Made by a program: the position numbers and the translations under genes. DNA of 63,691 nt, the filler included, from Reclinomonas americana ATCC 50394 (taxonomy: Eukaryota): NCBI GenBank assembly GCA_048213135.1. It is 15 parts of 13 records of this genome, joined end to end, with 100 filler letters (N's around TTAATTAATTAA, not from the genome) between each part and the next. Parts side by side here need not be neighbours in the genome. Positions count along the whole stretch, not along the records: positions 1 to 2,410 come from PS016028.1; positions 2,511 to 3,544 come from AFZH01016487.1; positions 3,645 to 4,952 come from PS016029.1; positions 5,053 to 12,345 come from PS016029.1; positions 12,446 to 15,045 come from AFZH01016490.1; 10 more parts are not named here. One strand, 5' to 3'. This document shows positions 1 to 12,655 of this stretch, one piece after another (the stretch's first letter is position 1; every line of letters starts with the position of its first letter). The notes beneath the pieces were generated by a model. That model was not told the origin of the DNA, made no database searches, and worked only from the letters and a program-made list of their open reading frames with translations.

Positions 1-1112
1 GTCGTTGACGGGCCTCTACCGCTCGCTCATCGGCTCTCTGCTCGAATCCGAAACCACGCAGCCGCAGGCTGCGACCGAGGTGGCAGCAGCAGCAGCAGGC
101 GGTGACTCACGAGCCGCAGCCGACGAGGGTCGGCGGTCGGCTTCGAGGAAATCCATCGACGGCAACCTGGCCAACAGTGTGCCGGATGACTTTGTGTTGC
201 CGCGGCTCGTCGAGTGGTTCCTGTCTGCGTCGCTGCAGGATGATGGTGAGTGGGGGAAAGGGATGAAGGGGGAAGGGGGGAAAGGGGGAAGGGAGAGAGA
301 GAGAGAGACAAGAGAAGAGGAAGGAGGGAGCGGGATTTTGAGGGGAGGAGAGGAAGAAAGAGCAACAGGAGAATTGATGAGAGTGGGAACGGAGGGAAGG
401 AGGACTGAGAGAAGAAGGACAAGAGAAACGGAGGAAAGTGGGAGTGTGGGTAAGGGAGAAGGAAGCGGCACGAGAAGGAAGGAGTGAAAGGGATGGAGGG
501 GAGGAAGAAAAAGCGACAGGAGACGCGATGAGAGTGGAAGAAAGGGACAAGAGAATAGGGAGCGGCACAAGAAACATGAGATTGGTACACCGGGAGGCAG
601 GAGAGGAAGAAAGACCGATAAGAGCAAGGGAGCGAAACGAGAAGGGATGAAGGGAGGGAGGAGTGAGAGTCGAGAGATGAGAGTGGGAATGTGGGAATGA
701 TTTTGGGAGGGAGGCGAGGAAGAAAGCGTAACAAGAGAATAGAGATTGACTCGTGATGGGAGTGAGGGATTAGAGCGACCAGAGAAGAGGGATTGGCACA
801 AGAAACACGAGAGGGAGGAGAGGAAAAAAGAGTGACACGGGAAGATATGAGAGTCGGGGTGACAGGGAAGTAGTTCTGCAAATGCGCGAGACAGACAGAC
901 AGACGGAAAGTGTTTGTGAGGGGTCGTGCGTCCTTGTGCACGAGTGAGTGCCTCTGTGTGTGCGTATGAATGAGAGAGAAGGCAGTGATTGAGCACTCGC
1001 CACAGCCATCAGAGAGTGTGTGTGCTTGTGCGCGAGTGGGTGAGCGCAAGATTCATGCATTTCGTCTCGGCGGTGCAGCTCACGATGTGTTCTTGTTGCA
1101 GATTCGAGATAA
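1..1112 (+). CDS. 3' part of an unknown protein (exon <1-245, intron 246-1101, last exon 1102-1112)
   Basis: Open frame ...DDFVLPRLVEWFLSASLQDD, then donor G|GTGAGT at 246 and acceptor TTCTTGTTGCAG at 1101. Splicing gives D-S-R-TAA, with AATAAA just downstream. The antisense frame is also open, so the strand is not certain. Confidence 0.5.
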
Positions 1113-1249
1113 CCGCGTGAATAAAAGACTGTTTAGCCCAATAACCATCTGTAGTTTACACACGCACACACACTCTCTCTCTTTCCGCAAAACAAAAAGC
1201 AAAACAAAAATCAACACCGACAGGCAGAAGAAAAAACCGCATTTTCTTT

Positions 1250-1555
1250 TTAGCGGTGGCGGCGATTGCACGGACGCGGCGGGTCTTGGTGCAAGTGGTG
1301 ACGATTGATGCGCTGGTCCGCCCGCTCGTGCACGTGGCGACGGAAGCCGCCCAACTCATAATCGAAGAACACGTCCGAAGCCGGGCCCTCGCGACGCGAG
1401 GCCGCCGAGGCCGCGCACCCGCATCGCTGCTTGCGGCAGTCCTGGAACTTGGAGCAGTCGGGCTCGCGGTTCGGCAGTGGGCGCGCGTAGCACGTGACCG
1501 CCAGCAGGGCAAGAGTGGCCAGTACGAGCAGGAGGACGAGTGAGGAGGATGTCAT
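1250..1555 (-). CDS. Small secreted Cys-containing protein, 101 aa, intronless
   Basis: Hydrophobic N-terminus MTSSSLVLLLVLATLALLAVTCYA with a likely cleavage site before RPLP. GC-rich codons, 5 Cys in the mature part, TAA stop. Confidence 0.6.
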   Translation of the reverse strand: MTSSSLVLLLVLATLALLAVTCYARPLPNREPDCSKFQDCRKQRCGCAASAASRREGPASDVFFDYELGGFRRHVHERADQRINRHHLHQDPPRPCNRRHR

Positions 1556-2220
1556 CTCTCGAGAAACCGATGAAAAAGAGTAAAAAATGCGTTTCTGTCG
1601 TCGTCCCGAGTTGTACTGTAAATTTGCGCGCTTACAGTGAGGTGAAATACTCCGTTTCGAGAAGGGAGGGAAGGACGAAGGAAGGAGATATATGCGGTGC
1701 AGCTAGCGCTTTGCTGCGTTTGCCTTTTCCCGATGTCGAAAATCAAAGGAAACTGAACAAATCGGTTTCTCAATGCAAATACTGTACACCCCACAAAACA
1801 TGAACTCCCCGACGCAGGAGTCACAACTGCACTTCTCGGCTTCTTCGTACCGCTACATACTGCTGCTTGTGATATCGGACAAGAAACACGACAAGTCAAT
1901 GCCAACAATCGAACTGACCAATTTGCGCGATATGCGCATCTTTCATCTGCAATTGCGGCCGCCACCCCTCCCCCCACCGACCCCTCCCTGCATCACCCTC
2001 AACGGCAATGTGTATTTGTGGCGATGCACTAAGCGCACCACCCCCGAATGCGCGCGCGCGCACTCGACAAACTGCAAAGATAAAAATAGCTGAAGCGTGT
2101 CAGGCTCTATTTATGCGCGGTTCGCCTCCTGCTAATCATCGCATCTTATTATCACTCGAGTGCGCGAGCAAGCACCACCCCAACTCAACAACTTTTCTTC
2201 CCGCTTCCTCTAATCTAATC

Positions 2221-2337
2221 ATGGGCAAGACATTCAGCCGCCTCTTTGAGTCATTTGGCTTTGGCAAGAAGGAGTACCGCATCGCGCTGATTGGCCTCGA
2301 TGCGGCCGGCAAGACCACGGCACTCTACAAGCTCAAG
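2221..2337 (+). CDS. ARF: ADP-ribosylation factor (ARF/ARL family) GTPase, exon 1 only; the rest is lost in the gap
   Basis: [39 protein letters not shown] has a myristoylation Gly2 and the P-loop GLDAAGKT, followed by donor AAG|GTACC. Confidence 0.9.
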
Positions 2338-2410
2338 GTACCACACTCCCTCCTCCCCCCTCTTCCCTTATCCCGCTCGCTCAACCCTTCCCCCTCCTTC
2401 GCAGCTCAAC

Positions 2411-2510
2411 NNNNNNNNNNNNNNNNNNNNNNNNNNNNNNNNNNNNNNNNNNNNTTAATTAATTAANNNNNNNNNNNNNNNNNNNNNNNNNNNNNNNNNN
2501 NNNNNNNNNN
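2411..2510. other. Artificial scaffold linker (N-run + TTAATTAATTAA + N-run), repeated at many contig joins in the window
   Basis: An identical 12-mer with stops in all six frames is embedded in N runs, e.g. at 2455, 3589, 4997, 12390, 15090, 27399, 30696, 37662, 41697, 45762, 48118, 49695, 60715 and 61884. Confidence 0.97.
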
Positions 2511-3794
2511 CGAAGGGCAAGGAAGGGGAAGGGAGAAGGGCGAAGGGCAAGGGCGAAGGGGAAGGAAGGATTAGAGGACGGGAGAAGGGGAAGACAAAAA
2601 GAAAGAGAATGCGAAAGGAAGGGGTAACGAAGAACAAGGAGAAAGGAAGGTGACGAGGAGAAAGAGAGAGTGAAGAGGAACAAGAACACGAATGAAAACA
2701 ATGCAGTGGATGGGGGCGAAGTAGAGCAAGGAGGTGGAGCAAGACAGCTTGACCGACTGCATACGAGTGAGGCTGAGTTTGTGGCAATGCTCACAATCCT
2801 CATCAACAATCCTGTTCCTTGTCTCCAAAGGCAGAGTTCGGAGCAAAGAGTAAGACTCACTCTCACCCACCCAGTTATACATCTCTCTCTCTCTCTCTCT
2901 CTCCCCTCTCCTCATTGAGTTGTCTCACTCGCACCCATACAAACAACACAACTCTGTGGATATATGCCGAACTCATATCCTTCTGCCACTCCTCTGCAAC
3001 TCTTGCTTTTCTCATGGAGAGGGCCAAGACTCTCACTCCCACCCACCCAGCCTCTCAAAAAATGGATGACAGAGTTCGCGGCGAGTTGTCTCACTTCCTT
3101 CAATGTCAACAATATGACTCTGGATACACGATGAACTCATATCCCTCTGCCATACCTCCGCAACTCTTGCTTTTCTCATGGAGAGGGTCAAGACGCTCAC
3201 TCCCACCCACGCAGACCAACAGCACATCTTTTCTTCTCACTCCCTCTTATCATCTCATGATTAACAGAGTTCGCGACGAGTTGTCTCCCTCCCACGACCT
3301 CATATTCCTCCTGCTTCTCTACATCTACCATAATTCTCGCTTTTCTTATGGAGTGATGCAAGACTCTCACTTCCAGCCACCCAAATCAACAGCACAACTC
3401 TCCCTCTCCTCGTCCTTCTCAACTAATGCACAACAGCTCGTGGAGATGAGTCTCACTCCCTCCCACCATATCAACAACACACATCTGTGGGTACATGACG
3501 GTCTCGTGTTCCTCCTCCACAACTCTCCTCTCTCCCTCTCTCTTNNNNNNNNNNNNNNNNNNNNNNNNNNNNNNNNNNNNNNNNNNNNTTAATTAATTAA
3601 NNNNNNNNNNNNNNNNNNNNNNNNNNNNNNNNNNNNNNNNNNNNAGGACGAATAGAAGGATGAGGAGGAGAAGGACGAATAGAAGGAGGAAGAGAACAAG
3701 CAGCAGAGGAACATGGAAGAGGAGAAGAAGAATGAGGAGGATCAGGAGGAAGAGGAGGAGGGGACGAAGAAACTCATGAGTGCTTGAGCGCAAC

Positions 3795-4092
3795 TTGCAC
3801 GAGTTGTCCGTGTCGAAAGCCAAAGGGTTCCAGCACCACATCACTGATATCAAACTCTTTCATTTGCCCGCTCAGCGTCCTGTAGCTGATGGTCTGTGAA
3901 GAGGAGAAGAGAGTGAGAGAGTAATGTGAGGAAATCACAGTGACTGATTGAGCGAGTCAAGGCCAAGCGCCAAGAGAGGGCCTTCTCACTCCTCACTCGC
4001 TCTTTTGTGTGTGTGTGCGTGTGTGTGTGAGTGTGTGTGTGTGTTTTCGTGACAAAGAGTGCTCTCTGCCTCTGTTCCACACTCACCGGCAT
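3795..4092 (-). CDS. 5' part of an uncharacterised protein (MP|TISYRTLSGQMKEFDISDVVLEPFGFRHGQLVQ|...)
   Basis: ATGCCG|GTGAGT at 4092-4087, acceptor CACAG, then a 99-nt exon 3893-3795 and donor GTTGCG. Truncated by the gap. Confidence 0.6.
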
Positions 4093-4763
4093 CCTTCCAT
4101 GCCTTCCAGACACTCACACAGCTATCGTCCACTCACGTGCACTCTCTCACTCACGCACGCGCTCGCCGACTGACAACTCGAGTGATTTCCCGCCCACTCG
4201 CGACGTCGCGGTCCTGTACCGAAAAAACGCATTGTATTCACCAAAACGAGCGCGTGGAGCCACAGAACTCGTTGTGCCGCATGGCGGGGTGCAAGTGCGT
4301 CGATGTGGCAGTGCGCACAAACGAATTGCATTTTTTCTAAGAATTTGATCATGATCAGCATGCACAGCGCGCTCAACGGGCAGCAGGCAGCCTCTGGGAA
4401 CATAGTGTGCTTGCTGTATCTTGCTGCAATGCGCACGCAGTCAGTGGAGATGGAATTCAGAGCCAGCGGCGATGTCGAGCTTGATATCGAATGCGCGACG
4501 TCGACGCGTTATTGCTGACAAGCAAGCAATACACGCTGCAAACGCGTTGGGAAACGAAGGAAGGCGAATTCTTTGTGTATTCAAAGCCGTGGTTTCTACT
4601 GCAGGGTCGCTAGACCAACCTGAAGTTGCGATCGATTTTGCGGGGTTTCGTTGCCTGTGCTTGCCTCCGATGCTGAGCACCATGCAACTGCGTTACAGCA
4701 CCATGAAGTCCTGGGCTACGCCAGCCAGCCCGCGTTTGCTTGGCTTGCCTCCTGACAGGAAGA

Positions 4764-4815
4764 TGTGGGCGTTTTCCGCATTATTGGAATGTGGTGAATG
4801 AAGTGTTTTGTTTTG
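4764..4815 (+). repeat. Dispersed ~40-55 bp element (CGCATTATTGGAATGYGGTGRATGAAGTGTTTTGTTT), copy 1
   Basis: Near-identical to 16782-16820 (+) and 15998-16050 (-). Confidence 0.85.
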
Positions 4816-5052
4816 GACTTATGTTGGTCATTGTCGGGGCGGCTCTCACTCAATCACCACAAAAAAGGAAAGCAAAAAGGCGGGAAAACAAGTCAGCAAC
4901 GGTTGTCAACTGTGTGGCAACGACAGCTGCAGGGGAGGGGGTGCAAGGGCAANNNNNNNNNNNNNNNNNNNNNNNNNNNNNNNNNNNNNNNNNNNNTTAA
5001 TTAATTAANNNNNNNNNNNNNNNNNNNNNNNNNNNNNNNNNNNNNNNNNNNN

Positions 5053-5113
<61 letters not shown>

Positions 5114-5599
5114 AGACAAGAACACGGAACACGCTGTTTAGGGTGAGAAGAAAAGCGAAGGCGGAGAAAGCAAAGAAGATTGTGTCGAGGAAGCAGCAGA
5201 GAATGAACGAGTGAGAAGAATACAAGACGTAAAGAAGAGAGAAGAAATACGGAACACGACGAATAATGTGTGACAGGCGGAGAAAGAAGAGAAGAGACTG
5301 AGAGGAACATTGTGGCGAGTAGGACGCAAGAGAGAGAGAGAGAGAGAACAAGAACAAAGGCCGCAAGACAAAGAAGAGAGAGAGAGAAGACAAGAAGAAT
5401 ACAGAATGAGTGACAGGTGGATAAAAATGAGAAAAGTCGAGGAATTAAAAGTAGCAGAGAATGAACGAGTGAGAGAAGAATACGAAACACGACGAAAAAA
5501 GCGCAGAATGACAGACAAAAGAGTCTCGACAATCACTCCTCCCTCGCCCACCTCCCACATGCCATTCTCCTGCCCATCTCCCCCACTTTTCCTCCTCAC

Positions 5600-5919
5600 C
5601 AAGACTCGACGTATTCGGCATTGACGCACTCGACAACAATCGATTCACTCCCACCGGCGACGACATTGCCACCGAAGCCGAAGACGAAGAAGATTGAAGC
5701 TTAAATGTGCGCGTATGCAGCGCCTCATACGACATATCCTGCGAGAGCGCCTGCCCGAGCAGAGTCGACATTTTCTGCATCCCGTGCTGCTCTCACACGC
5801 ACAGTGTGTGTGAGAGGTTAAAGAGTGTGTCTTGTGCGTGTGTGTGTGTTTTTGCGTACTTTCAAGTCGCGCTTTTCGTGCGCGGAGCCCGTGAAGAGTG
5901 TCGAGAGTCGAGTGCCCAT
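5600..5919 (-). CDS. 5' part of an unknown, possibly N-myristoylated protein (exons 5919-5860, 5786-5600)
   Basis: MGTRLSTLFTGSAHEKRDLK|HGMQKMSTLLGQALSQD... has an MGxxxS motif. The GT-AG intron keeps frame; next donor is G|GTGAGG. Confidence 0.55.
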
Positions 5920-6141
5920 TATGGAAAATGTGAACACACAAAGCGTGGGAGTGTGTGCGTGTGTGTGTGAGAGAGAGACAGCGCTCTCCTCTTGCGCGCG
6001 CGTGCACAACACACACACGAGCCTCGCTTTCTGTGTGTGTGTTTGTCTAATTATTGTGGTGTTTTCCCGCTTTTTCACGACGTTTTCATTGCGACCGATC
6101 GCACACTCTCCCTTGTCACTCTGGCTGCTGGGTTATGTAGT

Positions 6142-8681
6142 TTATCCAAAGTTGATTCCCTGCGCCAGCGGAAGCGTCGAGCCGTAGTTGATGGTGCTGT
6201 GTGCGATGCAACAAAGTGTGAGCGAGACATATGCGTTCGTTCGCTTTTTCTGTTTCAAAGAGCACGTACCACGTGCTGCGTCGCATGTACTGCTTCCACG
6301 AGTCGCTGCCGCTCTCGCGGCCGCCGCCAGTCTCCTTCTCACCGCCAAAGGCACCGCCAATCTCCGCACCCGACGTGCCAATGTTGACGTTGACGAGGCC
6401 GGCGTCCGAGCCGTGCGGGCCAATCCACTTGAACGCGGCACGCATGTCTGTCGCCCGCACACCCCCCACAGCACGTGAGCCGTGTGACAACATCTCAACT
6501 CAGGGAACAGCAAGAACGAACCGCGAGTGAAGATGGCACTGCTGAGGCCCTGCGGCACCTCGTTGTTCATCTCAATGGCCTCGTCCAGCGTCTGCAACAC
6601 ACGCACACATGCGACACAGTTCAATACGTGCACATACACACACACACGTCCACGCCCCACGTGACGGGAGACGCACCGTGAACTTTTGCACGTGCAGAAT
6701 CGGCGCAAAGATTTCGATCTTGACAATCGGCATCTCGCGGTTCGTCTCCACAATGCACGGCTCCACAAAATTACCCGGTCGGTCCATGGTCTATCACAAA
6801 CGAGTGAGTCAGAAAAGCGACGACAAACAAACATGAATCCCACCCCCGACTCGTCTGCAACCGTCTCCCTTCTTCACACACCTTGCCACCAATCAGCACA
6901 CGGCCGCCCTGGCGCTCAATCTCCTTGATGCCGTCCAAGTACTCCTGCACCGCGGCCTTGGTGTGCAGCGGGCCCAGCAGGGTGCCGTCCGCCAGCGGAT
7001 CGCCAGACGGAATGGTGTGGTAGGCAGTCACCAGGCGCGACACGACCTCGTCGTACACATCGGCGTGGATCAGCAGACGGCGGGTTGACGTGCAGCGTTG
7101 GCCAGCAGTGCCCACGGCGCCGAAGAGGGTGGCGCGGATGACCAGGTCCAGGTCGGCGTCGGGCATCACAATGATGGCGTTGTTGCCTGCGGGAAGCAAA
7201 AAATAAATAGTGAGACACCCTTGCCTCTCTCTACAACACATGCGTGTTGTCCACGAACCGCCGAGCTCAAGAATGGTGCGGCCGAAGCGCGAGTGCACCT
7301 GGGTGCTCACACGGCGACCGATCTGTTCGAGGACAAATCACTGAGCTCGGAGAACCAAAATAAACAAAGAGGAAAGCACACGGACCTCAGTGCTACCGGT
7401 GAAGGAGATGAGCTTCAGGCGCGGGTCGCAGATGATCTTCTCGCCGACCTCGCGGCCAGAGCCAATCACCACCGAGGCGATGGCGCCGGGCAGGCCGTTG
7501 CGCTCAAACACCTCACCGACCAAACGGCCGACGGCGCACGTCACGAGCGAGGTGGTCGAGGCGCCCTTCCTGTATCCAGCAACACAGGAGTCAGATCACA
7601 CGACGGAACACGAGAAGAAAAGCTATCGACACGCACCATACTTGGACGTTGCCGCACACCAGGCTGATGGCAGCGTTCCAGGCGAACACGGCTGTGAGCA
7701 AAAGGCGCGCATGTCAGCGAGGTTGATGCGCGGACAGAGAAAAAAAAACACGTCAAAAACGAACCGCACGGGAAGTTGAAGGCCGAAATGATGCCAATCT
7801 ACACAAAGGAGAGTGAGCACCCAAGAGCGTCACTCTCTATCATTACCGAGTCTCTGCTCCCGTTGTCGTGCTCACCTTGCCAAGCGGGTTGTACATCTCA
7901 ATGATGGTGTGCTCCGCGCGCTCCGACGGGATCACCTGGCCATTGATCTGGCGCGACAGGCCCACGGCGAAATCGCAGATATCGACGGCCTCCTGCACCT
8001 CGCCCTTGCCCTCGGGCAGAATCTGCGTTGCACAAGGGCGGGAAGTGAGTCGCACGTAAACAGAGAGGCAATGTCTCATTCCACACACAATGGTACCTTG
8101 CCCATCTCCAGCGAAACGAGCTTGGCCAGCGCCTCGTGCTTGGCACGGAAGGCCTCACCAATCTGGCGCACAATCTCACCACGCTTCGGCGCCGGGTACT
8201 ACACACAAACAGGAAAGAGAGAGAGAGAGGTGAGGCGACTTCCGACGCAATCACATGGTCACACGACGCACCGCCGCCCACATCTTCTCGACGTCGTCCA
8301 TCTTCTGCAAGACACGCTCGTACTCCTCCGACGACGCACCACGCACGCGGGCAATCGGCTTGCCGGTGGTGGGCGAGTAGGAGGTGATGACGGCGCCGGA
8401 GCCGAACCACTCGCCATCGTAGGCACCCGGGTTCTCCTCCTGCAGGCCCAGCTCGGCCAGGAAGGGGTACTCGTGGAATGTCAGAGGCTCAGATGCTGCC
8501 ATGGTGGATTGGTAACGCTGCACATGGAACAGGGATCTGCGCATGAGTACAAGGGAGAGAGGGCATGCACACAAAGTGGAGGAGGAGTGTGAGACAGAAG
8601 AGAGTGTGCGAGAGAGACAGACCGACAGTCACACCTTCGCAGTCCCGTCGCGAAGACGCCGCCACCACCGATGCGCAGCAT
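6142..8681 (-). CDS. ALDH7A1: Aldehyde dehydrogenase family 7 (antiquitin / aminoadipate-semialdehyde dehydrogenase), 13 exons, with N-terminal mitochondrial-type presequence
   Basis: Motifs [40 protein letters not shown] (catalytic Cys), [39 protein letters not shown] and [14 protein letters not shown]. 12 GT-AG introns restore the frame. Confidence 0.97.
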
Positions 8682-9748
8682 GAACTGACTTGCAAGAAAG
8701 AGAGAGAGAGAGGAGGGAGGGAAGAGCGACGAGATTGAGAGAGACTGAGACACCATAGCATAGTGCAGCATGAACTGACTTTGCACACAGAAGGGAACAA
8801 TGGAAGAGGGAGAGAGGGAGAGAGAGAGACAGAGGCACCTCGCGAAGACACCACTACCGATGCGCAACACAAAGACTTTACAAGAGAACAGTGGCAGAGG
8901 TTGAGGAAGAGGGGAAGAGTTGAGCACCGGAGTTGTCGGAGGAGAATCTCGGAATACATGGGGGTCAACTTGGGCGCACACAAGCATGATGCTCAAGTAA
9001 GAATTATGCATGTGCACATGAGAGAAAGAGCACGAGCTTGTGTGAGCAGGGGAGGTGAAGAAGGCAGGGCGGTTGTCAAGGCCATTTCACACCACAAACA
9101 CAAACAGCAAAAAAATCACGAGAAACTTGAACTTGCTCTCACAAGAGAGAGCGAGAGAGGCACACGCATCAACGTGCTCGGCAGAGACTCTCGCGATCAG
9201 TCAGAAAGCAGAGAGTGAATGCAGTGCAAACAGAAACATGCACATCGCTCACTTTTCACTTTGCCCCCCCTCACCCCTTGACACAAGACGTGCGGAATAA
9301 TAGAAGGCGAGAGGGAAGAAGACGAAGCGAGAGAGGGAGCGCAGAGCAGGAGGAGACGGAGGATGGCTCACCGAATGTGGCGAAAAATAACGTGGGACAA
9401 CACGAGGACGGAGGTTGGAGAGGATCGATTGTGACGTGAGGGTAGTAGCTGCCGGATGCCAATCACATGCACGTGCGTGGAAAGACGCAGCGATATCGCA
9501 TCGACCGACGTCCAGGTTTGTCGACGTTGAAGCATTTCCCCGATCGCTGTCGAGCTGACCAATTGCAATTGCATGCGCACCTCCGACCACATCCCAAACA
9601 CCACCACAGACACCAGTCTTGAGGGCAGCTGTAGATTTTCTCGGAGCAAGTGGATAACTTCGATTTCACCGCAAAACAAGCACGAAAGTCACGGGAACAT
9701 CTCCGCGATCTCTACGTACTTGTCTCATATATATGCAATGGCCACTGA

Positions 9749-12171
9749 TCAACTACGACTGCCGCCCTGGATATTCTCCTTCAGTGGCAACGTCACCGTC
9801 GTCGACACGCGTGGCTTCGCTGCAGCAGGGGTCGACACGGTGTTGGCACTACGTGTGGCAAACGGCATTCTCGGCCGCGGCGCCGGCTGTGCACACGCAC
9901 ACGCAGTCAAACACCACACAAAGAATTCTGCACAGTGCATGCACGCACGTTACCAACCTCAATCGCGACCTTGCCGCGCGCCGCCACTGGCGGATGAGGC
10001 CGACGCGGGTCGACGAGGCGTCGACACAAGTGCGCCTGCAACTGGCACCGGCGCTGACAATTCCTGGCCACAGTCGCTTACCACTGCTGCGGCTACCGTC
10101 GCCGCCGTCGGTGCCATCGTGGCGACTGCACCTGTGCAGCTCTCCTTGCTGCGCAAGTCCGCAAACACTTCATGCTGCAGTGCCTCCGCTGCCGTGATCC
10201 GCAAGGCCTCGCGGACCGCTACCATCCGACTAATGAGATCCACTAAATCGTACCACTCGTCGGCTGTGTCGTCTCCGCATTCCAGATCTTCCAGATCATC
10301 CAGCAGCTCCTCCACTCGATCATTTGGGTGGCACCACGTTCGCATCGCCATCGGTGCTTCCGAACGCTCGCCCAACGCCACAGCGGCAATGGTGACGCCG
10401 GCGCTGTACACATCCGACGCAAAGCCACCACCATCAAAATCGTCCCAACCCTCCACCTCCGGCGCCTGTACACGTACACGTAGTCTCGTCAGTGCACAAC
10501 ACAATCGAGGAACCCTCATTCCCCCCCCTTTTTTTGCCTGCTCACGTACCATGAATCCGCGCGTGCCAAACGTCCCGCGGACGAACGGACGCTCGGAGGT
10601 GACCACCGACGACGATCCGAAATCAATCAGACGGCTGCACTGCGTCACACGATCGAAAAGCACATTCGACGGCTTCACATCGCCGTGCACCACCATCCGA
10701 GAATGGCAGTGCTGCAGAGACACCAGCAGCGTGTAGCTGTATCGCCGCAGCTCGTCCACCGACTCCACAATGTCGTCCACATAACTTGGCGTCACCATCA
10801 AGCACTCCGCCGCACGGAACTCCACCACCTCAGGCAGACACTGCCGCACCAGAGACTGCTCATCCACATCGACCAACAGTCGCTGTATCACTTGCGCCTC
10901 GTTCAAGGCGCCACCGGCAGTCGGCTTGTTAATCGTCTTGGCACACAGGCGCCGTGCACGTTTGGTGATTGAGTCTTTCATGATTATCTTACCAGCTGCA
11001 GTTGACCACGATCCGAACAACGAGTGAGAGGCTCATTCAACAATATGCACACACATGCACACACACACACACGACACACAAATGTGTTTCTGACGCACGA
11101 TTAGGCAAGCGAGCAAACGAGTTGACTGACCCCGTCTCCTTCGTCTGCGTTGTAGCTTTGTAAGCCAGCTTGCACACCTTGTCCAAAGCTTCGGTGAAAT
11201 GGACACCAGACGTTGAAACGCCGGTTTTCTGCCGCATTGCTAGTGCCAGCAGGCGTGCATTGTTGACCGCCTGTTTCGCCACAAACAGCAGCGCCGCCAG
11301 CAGTGACTTCGTGCTGCCCACTACATGCATGCACATCACAAAAAAATCACTCATAAGTCCATTCGCCACATGCACAAACCTTGATGACCACACATATCCA
11401 TCGTCTGCCACTGCGCCACATCAGCAATCTGCGAACTGGCAAAGGGGGCCAGTTGCCACATGCCAATCGGCGACAGCCCCAGCGGTGGCAGCTGCTCTGT
11501 CGACGACTTCCACTCTTCCGTGTATCGCTTCGCATCGAACTCAGCACGTACAGGCTGATGCTGGCGTCAGTTGACAGTCCAAAGCACTGCGACAACTCAC
11601 ACCACATGTCTTCGGGTGTGTTATTCATCCGCTGCCACAGCAAGATGGCGGCGTTGCGGCAGGCCTTTGGCCAGTCCGGGTGTCGAGAGGAGACGCTGAG
11701 CAGTGTGTCGAAAAACACTGGTGTGAGGTGACCAACTGCAACCGTTGAATCAACGACTTGTCCACGCGGGCCAGTGTTCCTCATGACGCCGTCCACATCC
11801 AGCAACCTCGCCGCGTCACCCAGCTCGACGGCCATTGCAGACAAAGCTGGCGGTGCAACGCGGCCCGTGCTGATGTACGAAGCACAAAGAACCACATACA
11901 AGTGAATCACCGCTCGCATCTATCTCCTACGAAAACGAAGTCCCTTGCACGCAACACGATATACCCGTGACCGGCCTTGCATTCGATGAAAAACGGATGG
12001 TCCACGCATCTGGTGTCGCTCGACGAATCCATATCAAACACTGCGATGCACACGTCTGGCTTCTGACTAGTCGAACCGGTTCTGGACTTACGCTTGGACT
12101 TCTTCTTTTTCGCATGTTTGGATGCTTCCACGTTGCTGACCACATTCGTTGTGGAGTACAGCGGCTCTGCG

Positions 12172-12245
<74 letters not shown>

Positions 12246-12582
12246 CGACGACGACGACGACGACACGACCGACCACACAGTACGACGTAGGTAGTAGTCG
12301 ACACGACGAACGAAACGAACGAAACGAACAAACCAAAACCAAACCNNNNNNNNNNNNNNNNNNNNNNNNNNNNNNNNNNNNNNNNNNNNTTAATTAATTA
12401 ANNNNNNNNNNNNNNNNNNNNNNNNNNNNNNNNNNNNNNNNNNNNACCGGTACGTCGTACGTTACGTACGTTCGGTACGTCGTCTTTCGTTTCGTCTTTG
12501 GTTAGTAGTGTTCCTACCGTTACGTCGTCGTACGTACCTCCTCGTTCGTCGTCGTCGGTACGTACGTTACGACGCGTCGCGC

Positions 12583-12655
<73 letters not shown>

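Noticed and set aside
2455..2466. TTAATTAATTAA as a biological palindrome or regulatory site
   Set aside because: It always sits inside N runs of similar length, so it is an assembly spacer.
2708..2849. Exon-like segment (CAG|TGG...AGA|GTAAGA) as part of the ARF gene
   Set aside because: The translation has no ARF similarity, and the contig is isolated between gaps.
11920..11922. In-frame TAG here and at 15711-15713 as evidence of stop-codon reassignment
   Set aside because: Both can be the AG of a splice acceptor, or a lesion in a decaying gene. No conserved gene here (ALDH7A1, actin, CWC24, SPATA4-like) needs an internal TAG, TAA or TGA.
12243..12583. Odd TACG/ACGA-rich low-complexity text beside gaps (also 14895-15045 and 22405-22450)
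   Set aside because: It occurs only at contig ends after microsatellites and looks like degraded pyrosequencing read ends.
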